DNA of 64,000 nucleotides from an uncultured Gammaproteobacteria bacterium (lineage in GTDB: Bacteria > Patescibacteriota > Patescibacteriia > Patescibacteriales > GWE2-39-37), in assembly GCA_964443495.1 (NCBI GenBank), contig CAYUCS010000001.1, forward strand, positions 75,542-139,541. The letters are read 5' to 3'. A program made the position numbers and the translations under genes. Of the stretch, positions 9,655 to 19,069 are shown piece by piece (within the stretch, counting starts at the first letter, position 1; each line of letters opens with the position of its first letter). A model generated the notes under the pieces. It worked only from the letters and a program-made list of their open reading frames with translations. It was not told where the DNA came from and made no database searches.

Positions 9655-11472
9655 CTACAGGATGCTGTCATGCATTTTGGCGGTGGTTGATGACGGAGTG
9701 ATGCCGTGTTTCTTGTTGTAGGCTTCTTGGATTTTGCGGCGGCGTTTGGTTTCATTCAGGGCATAGCGCATTGCCGGAGTGATCTTGTCGCCGTACATTA
9801 TCACGCGCCCTTCGGCATGTCGGGCAGCCCGTCCCATGGTCTGCACTAACGAGGTCTCGTTGCGCAGGAAGCCGGACATGTCGGCGTCCAGAATGGCCAC
9901 TAGGGAGACTTCCGGGAGATCAAGTCCTTCGCGGAGCAAGTTAATGCCGACCAAGACGTCATATTTGCCTGAGCGCAAGTCGCGCAGGATATCGACCCGT
10001 TCGAGGGTTTCGATTTCGCTATGCAGGTATTGGACTTTGATGCGGTGCTCTTGCAGGAAGGCTGATAATTCCTCGGCCATGCGCTTAGTCAGGGTGGTGA
10101 CCAGTACTCGCTGGCCCTTAGCGACGGTGGCCTCGATCTCCTTGATCAGGTCAGGCACCTGGCCTTTGCTTGGGCGCACCTCGACTACCGGATCCAAAAG
10201 GCCGGTCGGGCGGACGATCTGCTCGACTACGCGTTGCGAGTTCTTGATTTCATAGGAGCTCGGCGTGGCGCTGACGTATATGATCTGCTTGATTTTCTGG
10301 TTGAATTCCTCGAAGTTGAGCGGCCGGTTGTCTCTGGCGGAGGGCAGGCGGAAGCCGTAGTCGATCAGGTTCTGCTTGCGCGATTGGTCGCCGGCATACA
10401 TGCCGCCGATTTGGGGCAGGGTGACATGCGATTCGTCGACCATGACCAGGTAATCGTCGGGGAAAAAATCCATCAGGGTTTCGGGCGGCATGCCGGGCGC
10501 GCGGCCGGAAAGATGACGCGAGTAATTCTCGATCCCGTTGCAATAGCCGATCTGCTCGATCATTTCCAGGTCGTAGTTGGTCTTGCGTTGCAGGCGATAC
10601 GCCTCGACATCCTTGCCTTCTTTCGTCAGTTGTTTCAGCCGTTCGTTCAATTCCTTACGTATCGTCTCGATGGCGGCGGTCATGCGCTCTTCCGGCGTCA
10701 TGAAATGTTTGGCCGGCAGGATACGTATTTCTTTGACTTCGTTTTCCGGCTTGTTGTGAAAAGTTTCAGCCCAGGGCAGCTGCTTGCCCGGAACGATATT
10801 GAAGAGGTAGATTTTTTCAATCGTATCGCCGTACATCAGGATGCGCACCATCGCCTCGCCGGTCGCAAGGTGGACGTCGATGGTCTCGCCCTTGACCCGG
10901 AACTGTCCGCGCAAGAACTCGGCGTCATTCCTTTGGAATTGCAGACGTATCAGCTCGAGCAGGAGTTCATTACGCTTGATGACTTGCCCCACGGCCAAGT
11001 GCTTGCTCAGGGCCTCGTAGTCGGCTTTCTCGCCTAAGCCGTAGATGCAAGAAACAGAGGCCACGATAATGACGTCTCGGCGATTCAAAAGAGATTGGGT
11101 GGCAGCGTGGCGCAAGCGGTCGATTTCCTCATTGATGGTCGCCTCCTTTTCGATGTAGGTGTCGCTTTGCGGGATGTAGGCTTCAGGCTGGTAATAGTCG
11201 TAGTAGGAAACGAAGTAGTGGACTGCGTTGTGCGGGAAGAATTGGCGGAATTCGCCGTAGAGTTGGGCAGCCAAAGTCTTGTTGTGGGAAATAATCAGCG
11301 TCGGCCGCTGGGTCGCTTCAATGACCTTGGCCATGGTGAAAGTCTTGCCCGAGCCGGTCACGCCTAAAAGCGTCTGGTCGCGGAAACCCTGCTTAAGACC
11401 ATCAACCAGCCCCTTGATGGCTTTGGGTTGGTCGCCGGCCGGTTTGAATTTTGAATCGAAGATGAAATTCAT
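9655..11472 (-). CDS. uvrB: Excinuclease ABC subunit B (appears to lack the C-terminal UVR/UvrC-interaction domain)
   Basis: [19 protein letters not shown]...[12 protein letters not shown] Walker A, and the helicase motif DESHVT. Ends shortly after ...KKHGITP, so 605 aa versus roughly 660-670 typical. Confidence 0.9.
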   Translation of the reverse strand: MNFIFDSKFKPAGDQPKAIKGLVDGLKQGFRDQTLLGVTGSGKTFTMAKVIEATQRPTLIISHNKTLAAQLYGEFRQFFPHNAVHYFVSYYDYYQPEAYIPQSDTYIEKEATINEEIDRLRHAATQSLLNRRDVIIVASVSCIYGLGEKADYEALSKHLAVGQVIKRNELLLELIRLQFQRNDAEFLRGQFRVKGETIDVHLATGEAMVRILMYGDTIEKIYLFNIVPGKQLPWAETFHNKPENEVKEIRILPAKHFMTPEERMTAAIETIRKELNERLKQLTKEGKDVEAYRLQRKTNYDLEMIEQIGYCNGIENYSRHLSGRAPGMPPETLMDFFPDDYLVMVDESHVTLPQIGGMYAGDQSRKQNLIDYGFRLPSARDNRPLNFEEFNQKIKQIIYVSATPSSYEIKNSQRVVEQIVRPTGLLDPVVEVRPSKGQVPDLIKEIEATVAKGQRVLVTTLTKRMAEELSAFLQEHRIKVQYLHSEIETLERVDILRDLRSGKYDVLVGINLLREGLDLPEVSLVAILDADMSGFLRNETSLVQTMGRAARHAEGRVIMYGDKITPAMRYALNETKRRRKIQEAYNKKHGITPSSTTAKMHDSIL

Positions 11473-11508
11473 AAAAGTAAGTTCAATATATCAATCTATC
11501 ATGTTTTT

Positions 11509-11549
11509 GGCAAAAAAAGAAAGCCCTGCACGTTGTGACGTGCAGGGGC
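11509..11549 (-). terminator. Rho-independent terminator for the minus-strand gene 11572..11970
   Basis: Minus-strand reading: 9-bp stem (ccctgcacg/cgtgcaggg), loop tcacaa, then tttctttttttgcc. Confidence 0.55.
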
Positions 11550-11571
11550 AAAAAAGGGGTGGGGCAACACT

Positions 11572-11970
11572 TCATCGAATCTCTCTCAGCTTAGGTTTGA
11601 GAAATATCCTTGCATGGCGTACCGCAACTCCGTTTTGGAGGTTGAACCCGATTTCAAACTGATAGAAATGGGTTTTTTCAAAAGCATGGAAGAATCTCAT
11701 CGTGATGGCAAAGAGGTTGGTCGCGTCAAGCAGTTGGTGTACCTGCAGTGCATCTGCCTCCTTGAATGAGTCAAGAAGATCGTTGCCGATGTTTTTATCG
11801 GATTTGATTTTTTCGGGCAACTTCCTGATTAGGCCTTCGGTAGGCACACCCACGGTCAAGGCGGATAGGATGTTTTGACAGAATTGTTCTGCCGCCATAA
11901 CTCCTGGTTTATTAGAAGAATCCTTGGCTGCCTCTTCCAACTTCCGGCTTCTTATCACTGTGATATCCAT
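11572..11970 (-). CDS. hypothetical protein (132 aa)
   Basis: ORF with its own downstream terminator. No recognisable motif. Confidence 0.4.
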   Translation of the reverse strand: MDITVIRSRKLEEAAKDSSNKPGVMAAEQFCQNILSALTVGVPTEGLIRKLPEKIKSDKNIGNDLLDSFKEADALQVHQLLDATNLFAITMRFFHAFEKTHFYQFEIGFNLQNGVAVRHARIFLKPKLREIR

Positions 11971-12052
11971 TACTCCCTCCTGTTTTCATAATATTGTTGG
12001 CCATAAGGCGCAAAGAACAGATTTGTTGCTAACTATAGCATTTTTATATACT

Positions 12053-12077
12053 TTTGTCAAGGTATATTATTGACAAA
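12053..12077. promoter_or_regulatory. Perfect inverted repeat TTTGTCAA-N9-TTGACAAA overlapping a TTGACA -35-like hexamer upstream of the ClpX-like gene
   Basis: Read directly. Two more palindromes follow: AGCCAATATTGGCT at 12125-12138 and CAATTTTACGTAAATTG at 12147-12163. Confidence 0.35.
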
Positions 12078-12206
12078 AACATAAAATTCATGTTAATTTG
12101 GAATATCGTTAAAATCAGTTATTTAGCCAATATTGGCTGTTAATGGCAATTTTACGTAAATTGTTCTGTACAATTCACTTCAACCACGCTATGTAAGGAG
12201 GAAAAC

Positions 12207-13775
12207 ATGGAGGCAAAGCAGAGGGGCCAATTGGTCGCGGAAGAGGTAAAGCGGGTGCTGGATGCCCTGGAAGGTGTCATTCACAGCGATAAGGATGAAT
12301 CCGGAGAAGCCATCAGCAGGTGCGCCGATAGCGATTTTATCGCTAACTTTACCATGCGACCTGCAGAACTGATTTCTCAGCTCGAGAAAAAGGTAATCGG
12401 GCAAGAACCAGCCTTGCGGGTCTTGGCAACCAAGGTCTGCGGGCATTACAACGCGGTCCGTTCAAGGCTGGCCAAAGGCTCGAATCCGATGGATGATGTC
12501 GATCGCATCAAGTCGAACATCCTTTTGGTGGGGCCGACCGGCTCTGGCAAGTCGTTCTTGCTGAAGCTGATCGCTAAGATCGTCGGTGTGCCCTTCGTGA
12601 AGGTTGATGCCACTAAATTCACCGAAGCTGGCTATGTCGGCGGTGACGTGGAGGACATCGTCCGGGACCTGGCACGCAAGACCAAACTGAAAGACGGGCA
12701 AGTTGATGTCGCGTTGGCTCAGTTCGGCATCGTTTTTATCGACGAGGTCGACAAGATCGCTTCGTCGAACGGTTCGATCGGACCTGATGTTTCCCGTCGC
12801 GGCGTCCAGCAAGCGCTGCTGACCTTGATCGAGGACGCCGAGGTTTCGCTGAAAGAAAAGCCGGACGTCGAACAGCTAGTCAGGGCTTATAAGCTTGTCA
12901 GCGAGGGCAAGGAGATGCCGCCTCAGACCATTAACACCAAGAATATCCTGTTCGTTTTTGCTGGCGCATTCCCCGGACTCGAGGAAATTGTCAGCAAAAG
13001 GCTGACTCAAAAGCAGCTTGGCTTCGGTGCTGAAATTCGTCGCAAGTCCGATAACAAGGACATTTTACGGAAGGCGACGAACGAGGACCTGAAGAATTTC
13101 GGCATGGAGCCGGAATTGCTGGGCCGCATTCCGGTGCGAGTCGTGCTGGACGAGCTGACTGAAGACCAGCTGTTTACGATTCTTCGCAGCCCGGAAGCTC
13201 CCATCATCATGCACTTCAGCGAAGTAATGGAGTCTTACGGCGTCAGTGTCGATTTCGACGACGACGTCCTGCGCCACATTGCCAAGCTGGCCGTCTCCGA
13301 GGGTACGGGTGCCAGGGGGTTGCTAGCCGCATTCGAAGCGACTGTCGGCATCTATGAAACGCATCTCTCTGCCACTCAGGTGACAAAGCTGACTTTCAGC
13401 TTGCCCATGGTTGACGGGTCCATCGAGCCGTCGGAGTTCATCAAGGCCTTGAATTGCGGCTTCGCTGAACGCCAGGAAGAAGCTCGAAGAAAGATCGAAG
13501 ATGGCAAGAAGCATCAGGATTCGTTTGATGGTTATGTCGAGTATGTCAAAAGCAAGCACGGCTTAGTCCTTCAGTTCGAGGACGAAGCCCGTAACAGGAT
13601 TACGATCTTAGCACTGGAAGGCAAGCAGTCCACGCGCGAAGCCTGTTTCAAGATTTTCGGCGAATGCGAGGCCGCCTTCAGCCTTCTTGCCAGCAAGGGA
13701 AGGACGCACTTGGTCGTGACGGTTGCCGCCGTTGACAACCCAATGAGCTTCCTGGAAAACGCCTTCAAGGAGTAG
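12207..13775 (+). CDS. ClpX-like AAA+ ATPase lacking the N-terminal zinc-binding domain, with an extra C-terminal region of about 150 aa
   Basis: VIGQEPALRVLATKV...ILLVGPTGSGKSFL...VDATKFTEAGYVGGDVEDIV...VFIDEVDKIA, and an LGF tripeptide at the IGF-loop position. No C4 zinc finger. Strong SD (taaggagg) 8 nt upstream. Confidence 0.75.
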   Translation: MEAKQRGQLVAEEVKRVLDALEGVIHSDKDESGEAISRCADSDFIANFTMRPAELISQLEKKVIGQEPALRVLATKVCGHYNAVRSRLAKGSNPMDDVDRIKSNILLVGPTGSGKSFLLKLIAKIVGVPFVKVDATKFTEAGYVGGDVEDIVRDLARKTKLKDGQVDVALAQFGIVFIDEVDKIASSNGSIGPDVSRRGVQQALLTLIEDAEVSLKEKPDVEQLVRAYKLVSEGKEMPPQTINTKNILFVFAGAFPGLEEIVSKRLTQKQLGFGAEIRRKSDNKDILRKATNEDLKNFGMEPELLGRIPVRVVLDELTEDQLFTILRSPEAPIIMHFSEVMESYGVSVDFDDDVLRHIAKLAVSEGTGARGLLAAFEATVGIYETHLSATQVTKLTFSLPMVDGSIEPSEFIKALNCGFAERQEEARRKIEDGKKHQDSFDGYVEYVKSKHGLVLQFEDEARNRITILALEGKQSTREACFKIFGECEAAFSLLASKGRTHLVVTVAAVDNPMSFLENAFKE

Positions 13776-13870
13776 TGTGCATATGGGGCTAATAATAGCT
13801 AATTTTTTAAGATATTATTCCGGAAGCTCTGCCCTATTGCGTGATTTGAAGAACGAACGCACTTTGTCGA

Positions 13871-13913
13871 TCCGAATAATTCGGAAAGCCCACGCACCAG
13901 TGGGCTTTTTTTT
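13871..13913 (+). terminator. Two tandem hairpins ending in T7: terminator of the ClpX-like gene
   Basis: TCCGAA-taa-TTCGGA, then GCCCAC-gcacca-GTGGGC-ttttttt. Confidence 0.65.
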
Positions 13914-13960
13914 GACAAATTGCTTAAATTAGGTTAAATTATAGCTATAATATAGGTAAA
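13909..13960 (+). promoter_or_regulatory. Candidate promoter for ileS (TTGACA ... TAAATT / TATAAT)
   Basis: TTGACA directly after the terminator T-run. TAAATT 17 nt downstream and TATAAT further on. Confidence 0.35.
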
Positions 13961-14001
13961 ACAAGGGGCTTAGCCGAGGGCTAGGCCTTCTATTTATTAA
14001 T

Positions 14002-17000
14002 ATGTCAGAATCAACCACCAGGTCACAAGGAGCCAGCCAGTTTCCCCAGATGGAAGAAGAGGTCTTAACTTTTTGGGATAAGGCGAGAATTTTTGAGAAA
14101 TCGGTCGAGCGCGACGCCCCGAAGGGCGATTACGTTTTTTACGACGGACCGCCTTTCGCCACCGGCACGCCGCACTATGGGCATATCGTGGCCAGCTTGA
14201 TGAAAGACGTGGTGCCGCGCTATTGGACGATGCAGGGTTACAAAGTCGAACGCAAGTGGGGCTGGGATTGCCACGGCCTGCCGATCGAGAACATCGCGGA
14301 AAAGGAACTTGGGTTCCGACAAAAGAAAGAAATCATCGAATACGGCATCGATAAGTTCAACGAGCTTTGCCGCTCGAAGGTTTTGGGCTACGTCGAAGAG
14401 TGGGAGAAGGTGGTCCGCCGCCTCGGGCGCTGGGCTGACATGAAGAACAGCTACCGCACCATGGACCTCGACTATATGGAATCGATCTGGTGGGTCTTCA
14501 AGGAATTGTGGGACCGCGATCTGATTTACGAAGGTTATCGTTCGATCCACGTCTGCCCGCGCTGCGAGACCACGCTGTCACAGCAGGAGGTGAGCGAAGG
14601 CTATAAGGACGTGAAGGATTTATCGGCTATCGCGAAGTTTGAGTTGGTCGACGAGCCGGGCACATTCGTGCTGGCTTGGACGACTACGCCTTGGACTTTG
14701 ATTGGCAATGTGGCATTGGCAGTCGGCGCTGATATTGATTATGTAAAACTAAGAGTTTTGAATGGGCAAAAAAGATCAGATTCTGGCGAATTAGAGTATA
14801 TTAATGTTATCCTCGCTAAAGAAATTTTTGATAAAGCTAGAAGAGAGTCGGAAGCATCAATTACTTTATCTGGTATAGCTATAAATCTCGGATTTGGAGC
14901 AGCACATCAAGTAAAAGAAGGTGAGCAGGCAATTAAACAATATCCAGAGATTGTTGGTGAATTTAAGGGCAAAGATTTGGTTGGCAAGAAGTATAGGCCA
15001 TTATTCGATTATTATTACAATCAACCGAATTTAGAAAACAAAGAGAATGGCTGGAAGATTTACGCTGGCGATTTCGTGACGACCGAGGACGGTACCGGCG
15101 TGGTGCACATCGCCCCGGCTTTTGGCGAGGACGATTTGAATTTGGGCAAGGCTAACAACCTGCCCTTCGTCCAGCATGTGGGCATGGATGGCGTCATCAA
15201 GCCCGAGGCGGGTGAGTTCGCCGGTATGCACGTCAAAGCCATTGATGACTACACTAAAACAGATATCGAGATTATCAAATACCTGGCGCACAACGGACTC
15301 TTGTTTCATAAAGAGAAGTACGAGCACAGCTATCCGCATTGCTGGCGTTGCGATACGCCGCTGATCAATTACGTGACTACTTCGTGGTTCGTTAACGTTT
15401 TGAAAGTCAAAGACGCGGCCTTGGAAAATGCCAAGTCGATCAACTGGTCGCCAGCGCACATCAAAGAGGGCCGCTTCGGCAACTGGCTCGCCGGCGCCCG
15501 CGACTGGTCGATCAGCCGCCAGCGTTTCTGGGCGAGCGTGATGCCGATTTGGCAGTGCAGCTGCGGCGAGCGTGTGGTCTTCGGTTCGGTGGCAGATTTG
15601 GAAAATGCCTCAGGTCAGAAAGTGACTGATTTGCATAAGCATATCGTAGACCATATCACGGTGCCGTGCGCCAAGTGCGGCGGCACGATGCGGCGCGTCC
15701 CGGATGTGCTCGACACCTGGTTTGATTCCGGCTCGATGCCGTATGCCCAGATGCATTATCCGTTCGAGAACAAGGACAAGTTCGAGCCGAATTTCCCGGC
15801 CGAGTTCATCGCCGAGGGCATCGATCAGACGCGCGCCTGGTTCTATTATCTGCATATCCTGGCGACCGCCATCAAAGAGCGGCCGGCGTTCAAGAACGTG
15901 ATCGTCAACGGTATCGTTCTGGCCGAGGACGGCAAGAAGATGTCCAAGCGCCTGCAGAATTATCCCGATCCGATGTACGTCTTGGAGCACTATGGCGCCG
16001 ATGCTATCCGCTGCTACCTGGCCAGCTCGGGTGTCGTTTCGGCCGAGAATCTCAATTTCGCGGAAAAGGGAGTGGAAGAAGCGCTGCGCAAGAACATTAT
16101 GATTTTGTGGAATGTCTATAAATTCTATGAGATGTACGCTGGCGAAATGCATGGAGAGGCTGAATCGGAAAGCGTCTTGGATCAATGGATATTGGCGCGC
16201 TTGAATGAGCTGATCGAGGAAGTCACAAAGAATATGGATGCATACGATCTGCCACGTTCTGTTCGTCCGATCGGCGATTTCATCAACGACCTGTCGACCT
16301 GGTATATCCGACGCTCACGCGACCGTTTCAAGGGTGATGACGAGGCGGATAAGCAGGCGGCCTTGGCCACGACCGGTTATGTGTTGACTGTGCTGTCCGA
16401 GGTGATGGCGCCATTCATGCCATTCATCGCCGAGCAGATTTGGCAGAAAGTTACGGGTAATAATTTTAGTGATGAGAATAAATCGGTTCACCTGGAGGCA
16501 TGGCCAACATTCGAATCCGCGGATAAAACTGTACTTGGACAGATGGAAGCAATTCGAAAAATTGTCGAAGCTGGTTTGGCAAAGCGCGATGAAGCGGGAA
16601 TTAAAATACGTCAGCCACTTCCGTATTATTCAACAGACATTTCTTTCTTTAAAGATGTTTTGGATGGCAAAGATGAGAGTATTAAAAACATGATTAAGCC
16701 TTTTGTTGAAATTGTAAAAGATGAGTTAAATGTTTTGGAATTGCGTGGCGGACAGAATGAATTGGGTACAGAAATGACCGAGGAGTTGCTGATGGAAGGC
16801 GTTAAACGCGAGTTGGTGCGCTTCATCAACGCCATGCGCAAGAACGCCGGGTTGACCATCCAAGACAGGATTGTCGTTTATTGGAATATCGCAGAAGCTG
16901 ATTTTGCCAAACCGATGGTCAAGAAAGTGTTTGTCGAGATGGGCGAGGGATTGTCCAAGGATGTCTTGGCTGATGAAATCAGAGAAGAGCACACTATGGC

Positions 17001-17067
17001 AGTCGATTTGGAAAAGGAAGTCAAAGCTAATGGCGAAGTCGTCTGGCTCGGCATCAAAAAGGCCTGA
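14002..17067 (+). CDS. ileS: Isoleucyl-tRNA synthetase, type 2 (eukaryote/archaeal-like HYGH form)
   Basis: PPFATGTPHYGHI and KMSKRL class-I motifs. 1021 aa. Contains two AT-rich internal patches. Confidence 0.9.
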   Translation: MSESTTRSQGASQFPQMEEEVLTFWDKARIFEKSVERDAPKGDYVFYDGPPFATGTPHYGHIVASLMKDVVPRYWTMQGYKVERKWGWDCHGLPIENIAEKELGFRQKKEIIEYGIDKFNELCRSKVLGYVEEWEKVVRRLGRWADMKNSYRTMDLDYMESIWWVFKELWDRDLIYEGYRSIHVCPRCETTLSQQEVSEGYKDVKDLSAIAKFELVDEPGTFVLAWTTTPWTLIGNVALAVGADIDYVKLRVLNGQKRSDSGELEYINVILAKEIFDKARRESEASITLSGIAINLGFGAAHQVKEGEQAIKQYPEIVGEFKGKDLVGKKYRPLFDYYYNQPNLENKENGWKIYAGDFVTTEDGTGVVHIAPAFGEDDLNLGKANNLPFVQHVGMDGVIKPEAGEFAGMHVKAIDDYTKTDIEIIKYLAHNGLLFHKEKYEHSYPHCWRCDTPLINYVTTSWFVNVLKVKDAALENAKSINWSPAHIKEGRFGNWLAGARDWSISRQRFWASVMPIWQCSCGERVVFGSVADLENASGQKVTDLHKHIVDHITVPCAKCGGTMRRVPDVLDTWFDSGSMPYAQMHYPFENKDKFEPNFPAEFIAEGIDQTRAWFYYLHILATAIKERPAFKNVIVNGIVLAEDGKKMSKRLQNYPDPMYVLEHYGADAIRCYLASSGVVSAENLNFAEKGVEEALRKNIMILWNVYKFYEMYAGEMHGEAESESVLDQWILARLNELIEEVTKNMDAYDLPRSVRPIGDFINDLSTWYIRRSRDRFKGDDEADKQAALATTGYVLTVLSEVMAPFMPFIAEQIWQKVTGNNFSDENKSVHLEAWPTFESADKTVLGQMEAIRKIVEAGLAKRDEAGIKIRQPLPYYSTDISFFKDVLDGKDESIKNMIKPFVEIVKDELNVLELRGGQNELGTEMTEELLMEGVKRELVRFINAMRKNAGLTIQDRIVVYWNIAEADFAKPMVKKVFVEMGEGLSKDVLADEIREEHTMAVDLEKEVKANGEVVWLGIKKA

Positions 17068-17089
17068 TTGATTCAGGCAAGGAGGGGAG

Positions 17090-17272
17090 ATGGGTTCTTT
17101 CAAATGCAATGAATGCGCGGCTTTAACAACCGGGCAAAAGGCCAAGTGCAGGCATCGGAAATCAGACAGGAGGTGTACTTGCATCCGCTTGCGGCATTGC
17201 GAAACAGACGCGAAGCTGGATGTCATCAAGTATGTCAATCCGTCATGCGAATTGCATGGCACCAAGGCTTAG
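17090..17272 (+). CDS. Small Cys-rich hypothetical protein (60 aa, 7 Cys)
   Basis: aggagg lies 4 nt before the ATG. CNEC...CRHRKSDRRCTC...C...C pattern. May be non-coding. Confidence 0.25.
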   Translation: MGSFKCNECAALTTGQKAKCRHRKSDRRCTCIRLRHCETDAKLDVIKYVNPSCELHGTKA

Positions 17273-17329
17273 CACTGCTATCGATATGGGGAGAAGCCTT
17301 CCCCTGATTTATAACTGAACGATTAATAT

Positions 17330-18385
17330 ATGAGAAAAGTTAAAGCGCTAGTCTTGCTATCTGGCGGCTTGGATTCCATGCTCGCAGCACGGACGCTGAT
17401 CGAGCAAGGCGTAGAAGTGGTCGGCCTGACTTTCATCAGCGAATTTTTCGGCGCCAAGCGCGGGCTCGAAGCGGCCGCCAAGCTCGGCATACCGTCGATA
17501 CCGACCAACTTCGCGGCCAAGCATCTGGAGATGGTCAAACAGCCGAAATACGGTTACGGCAAGAATATGAATCCCTGCATCGACTGCCACGCGATGATGT
17601 TACGCGAAGCTAAGGAAATAATGGAGGGCAAAGAGATGGTTTTGGTTTATCCGGATAACTCGATCAAGGCCATGGCGCATAAATATGATTTTATCGCCAC
17701 GGGCGAGGTATTAGGCCAGCGGCCGATGTCGCAGAACGGCCGGGCCTTGAAGATAGTCGCAGATTATTCAGGCGTGGGCGATCGCCTGCTTCGTCCGTTG
17801 TCCGCCAAGCTGCTGCCGGAAACCTTGCCGGAAAAAGAAGGCAAAGTCGATCGCGAGAAATTATTGGACATCAATGGGCGTTCGCGACATCGCCAAGTCG
17901 AATTGGCAGCTCATTACGGTTTGACCGATTATCCGAGTCCGGCCGGCGGCTGTTTGCTGACCGATCCGGGCTTCGGCCTGAAACTGAAGGAGATGTTCAT
18001 CAATTGGCCGGACTGTGCCGGCGAGGATGTCGCCTTCATCAAGCTCGGCCGCAGCTTCTGGTTCAAGCTTAGGGGGGAGAGCGTCTTGGTGACGGTCGGA
18101 CGCGATGAGGAAGAGAACGAAAAGCTTTTGAAGCTTGCTCGTCCGGGAGACGCGATTGCTGAAGTCGATGGCGTTAATGGTCCAGTCGTCGTGATCCACG
18201 CTAAGTCCAGGATCGAAGCGCCAGAAAGATTGAGCGTCGAAGTGCCGCGTGAAATCAGGCCCGAAGCTCTTCTTCGCGAACATCAGAACGAGTCCGGCCT
18301 GTTCGCGGTCGTTGCGCTGATTACCGGTTATTATGCCAACCGAGCCAGAGGAACGAAGGCAGATGTAATTTTTAAAATCAAATAA
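17330..18385 (+). CDS. mnmA: tRNA-specific 2-thiouridylase-like PP-loop ATPase (MnmA-like, with a CxxC motif)
   Basis: LLSGGLDS PP-loop, LGIPSIPTNFAAKH, NPCIDCH, DFIATGE. Colinear with MnmA as recalled from memory. Confidence 0.55.
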   Translation: MRKVKALVLLSGGLDSMLAARTLIEQGVEVVGLTFISEFFGAKRGLEAAAKLGIPSIPTNFAAKHLEMVKQPKYGYGKNMNPCIDCHAMMLREAKEIMEGKEMVLVYPDNSIKAMAHKYDFIATGEVLGQRPMSQNGRALKIVADYSGVGDRLLRPLSAKLLPETLPEKEGKVDREKLLDINGRSRHRQVELAAHYGLTDYPSPAGGCLLTDPGFGLKLKEMFINWPDCAGEDVAFIKLGRSFWFKLRGESVLVTVGRDEEENEKLLKLARPGDAIAEVDGVNGPVVVIHAKSRIEAPERLSVEVPREIRPEALLREHQNESGLFAVVALITGYYANRARGTKADVIFKIK

Positions 18386-18441
18386 TCTTACTAACTGGCT
18401 GGCGATTGCGGCAAGCAACGACAGCCATTAAAAGCAAATAT

Positions 18442-19002
18442 ATGACAGCACTTTGGATCGTGCTCGGCATCGTGGCGCTAGCCGCCTTCTATCTGATTGC
18501 CGTGTACAACGGGCTTATCCGCCTGAAGAACCGTACCGATGAAGCCTGGAGCGACATCGACGTGCAGCTGAAGCGCCGCCACGACCTGATCCCGAATCTG
18601 GTCGAAACCGTCAAAGGCTATGCCGCACATGAGCAGGGTACTTTGCAGAAGGTGATCGAAGCGCGCAACGTCGCCTTGCAGGCCATGTCCGGCGGCAGCT
18701 CCAAGCAGCTGGCCGAGGCGGAGAATGCCCTGTCTGGCACCTTGAAGAGCCTGTTCGCCTTGTCTGAGAATTATCCGGACCTGAAAGCGAACCAGAATTT
18801 CCTCGAGCTGCAGCGCGAGCTGACTGACACCGAGGACAAGGTCCAGGCCTCCCGCCGCTTCTACAACGGCAACGTCCGCGACCTCAACACCAAGATCCAG
18901 GTCTTCCCGACCAACCTGTTCGCCCAGAAGCTCGGGTTCACTGCCCGCGAATTCTTCGAAGCAGCGGCTGAAGAAAAGGAGAATATCCAAGTCAAATTCT
19001 AG
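18442..19002 (+). CDS. lemA: LemA family protein
   Basis: N-terminal TM followed by YNGLIRLKNRTDEAWSDIDVQLKRRHDLIPNLVETVKGYAAHE, which is LemA-typical. Confidence 0.85.
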   Translation: MTALWIVLGIVALAAFYLIAVYNGLIRLKNRTDEAWSDIDVQLKRRHDLIPNLVETVKGYAAHEQGTLQKVIEARNVALQAMSGGSSKQLAEAENALSGTLKSLFALSENYPDLKANQNFLELQRELTDTEDKVQASRRFYNGNVRDLNTKIQVFPTNLFAQKLGFTAREFFEAAAEEKENIQVKF

Positions 19003-19069
19003 CGTAGTTGTCAGGCTGACGGCGCCTGGTTTTACGGGCGCCGGAGCGTAACAATTATCTTCGAACCTT

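Noticed and set aside
13950-14001. T-box riboswitch leader upstream of ileS or leuS
   Set aside because: Leaders are short (under 60 nt for ileS) and lack the T-box consensus and specifier-loop architecture. Only promoter and terminator elements were seen.
14065-14550. 161-aa minus-strand ORF within the ileS 5' region
   Set aside because: Shadow ORF. ileS identity is unambiguous.
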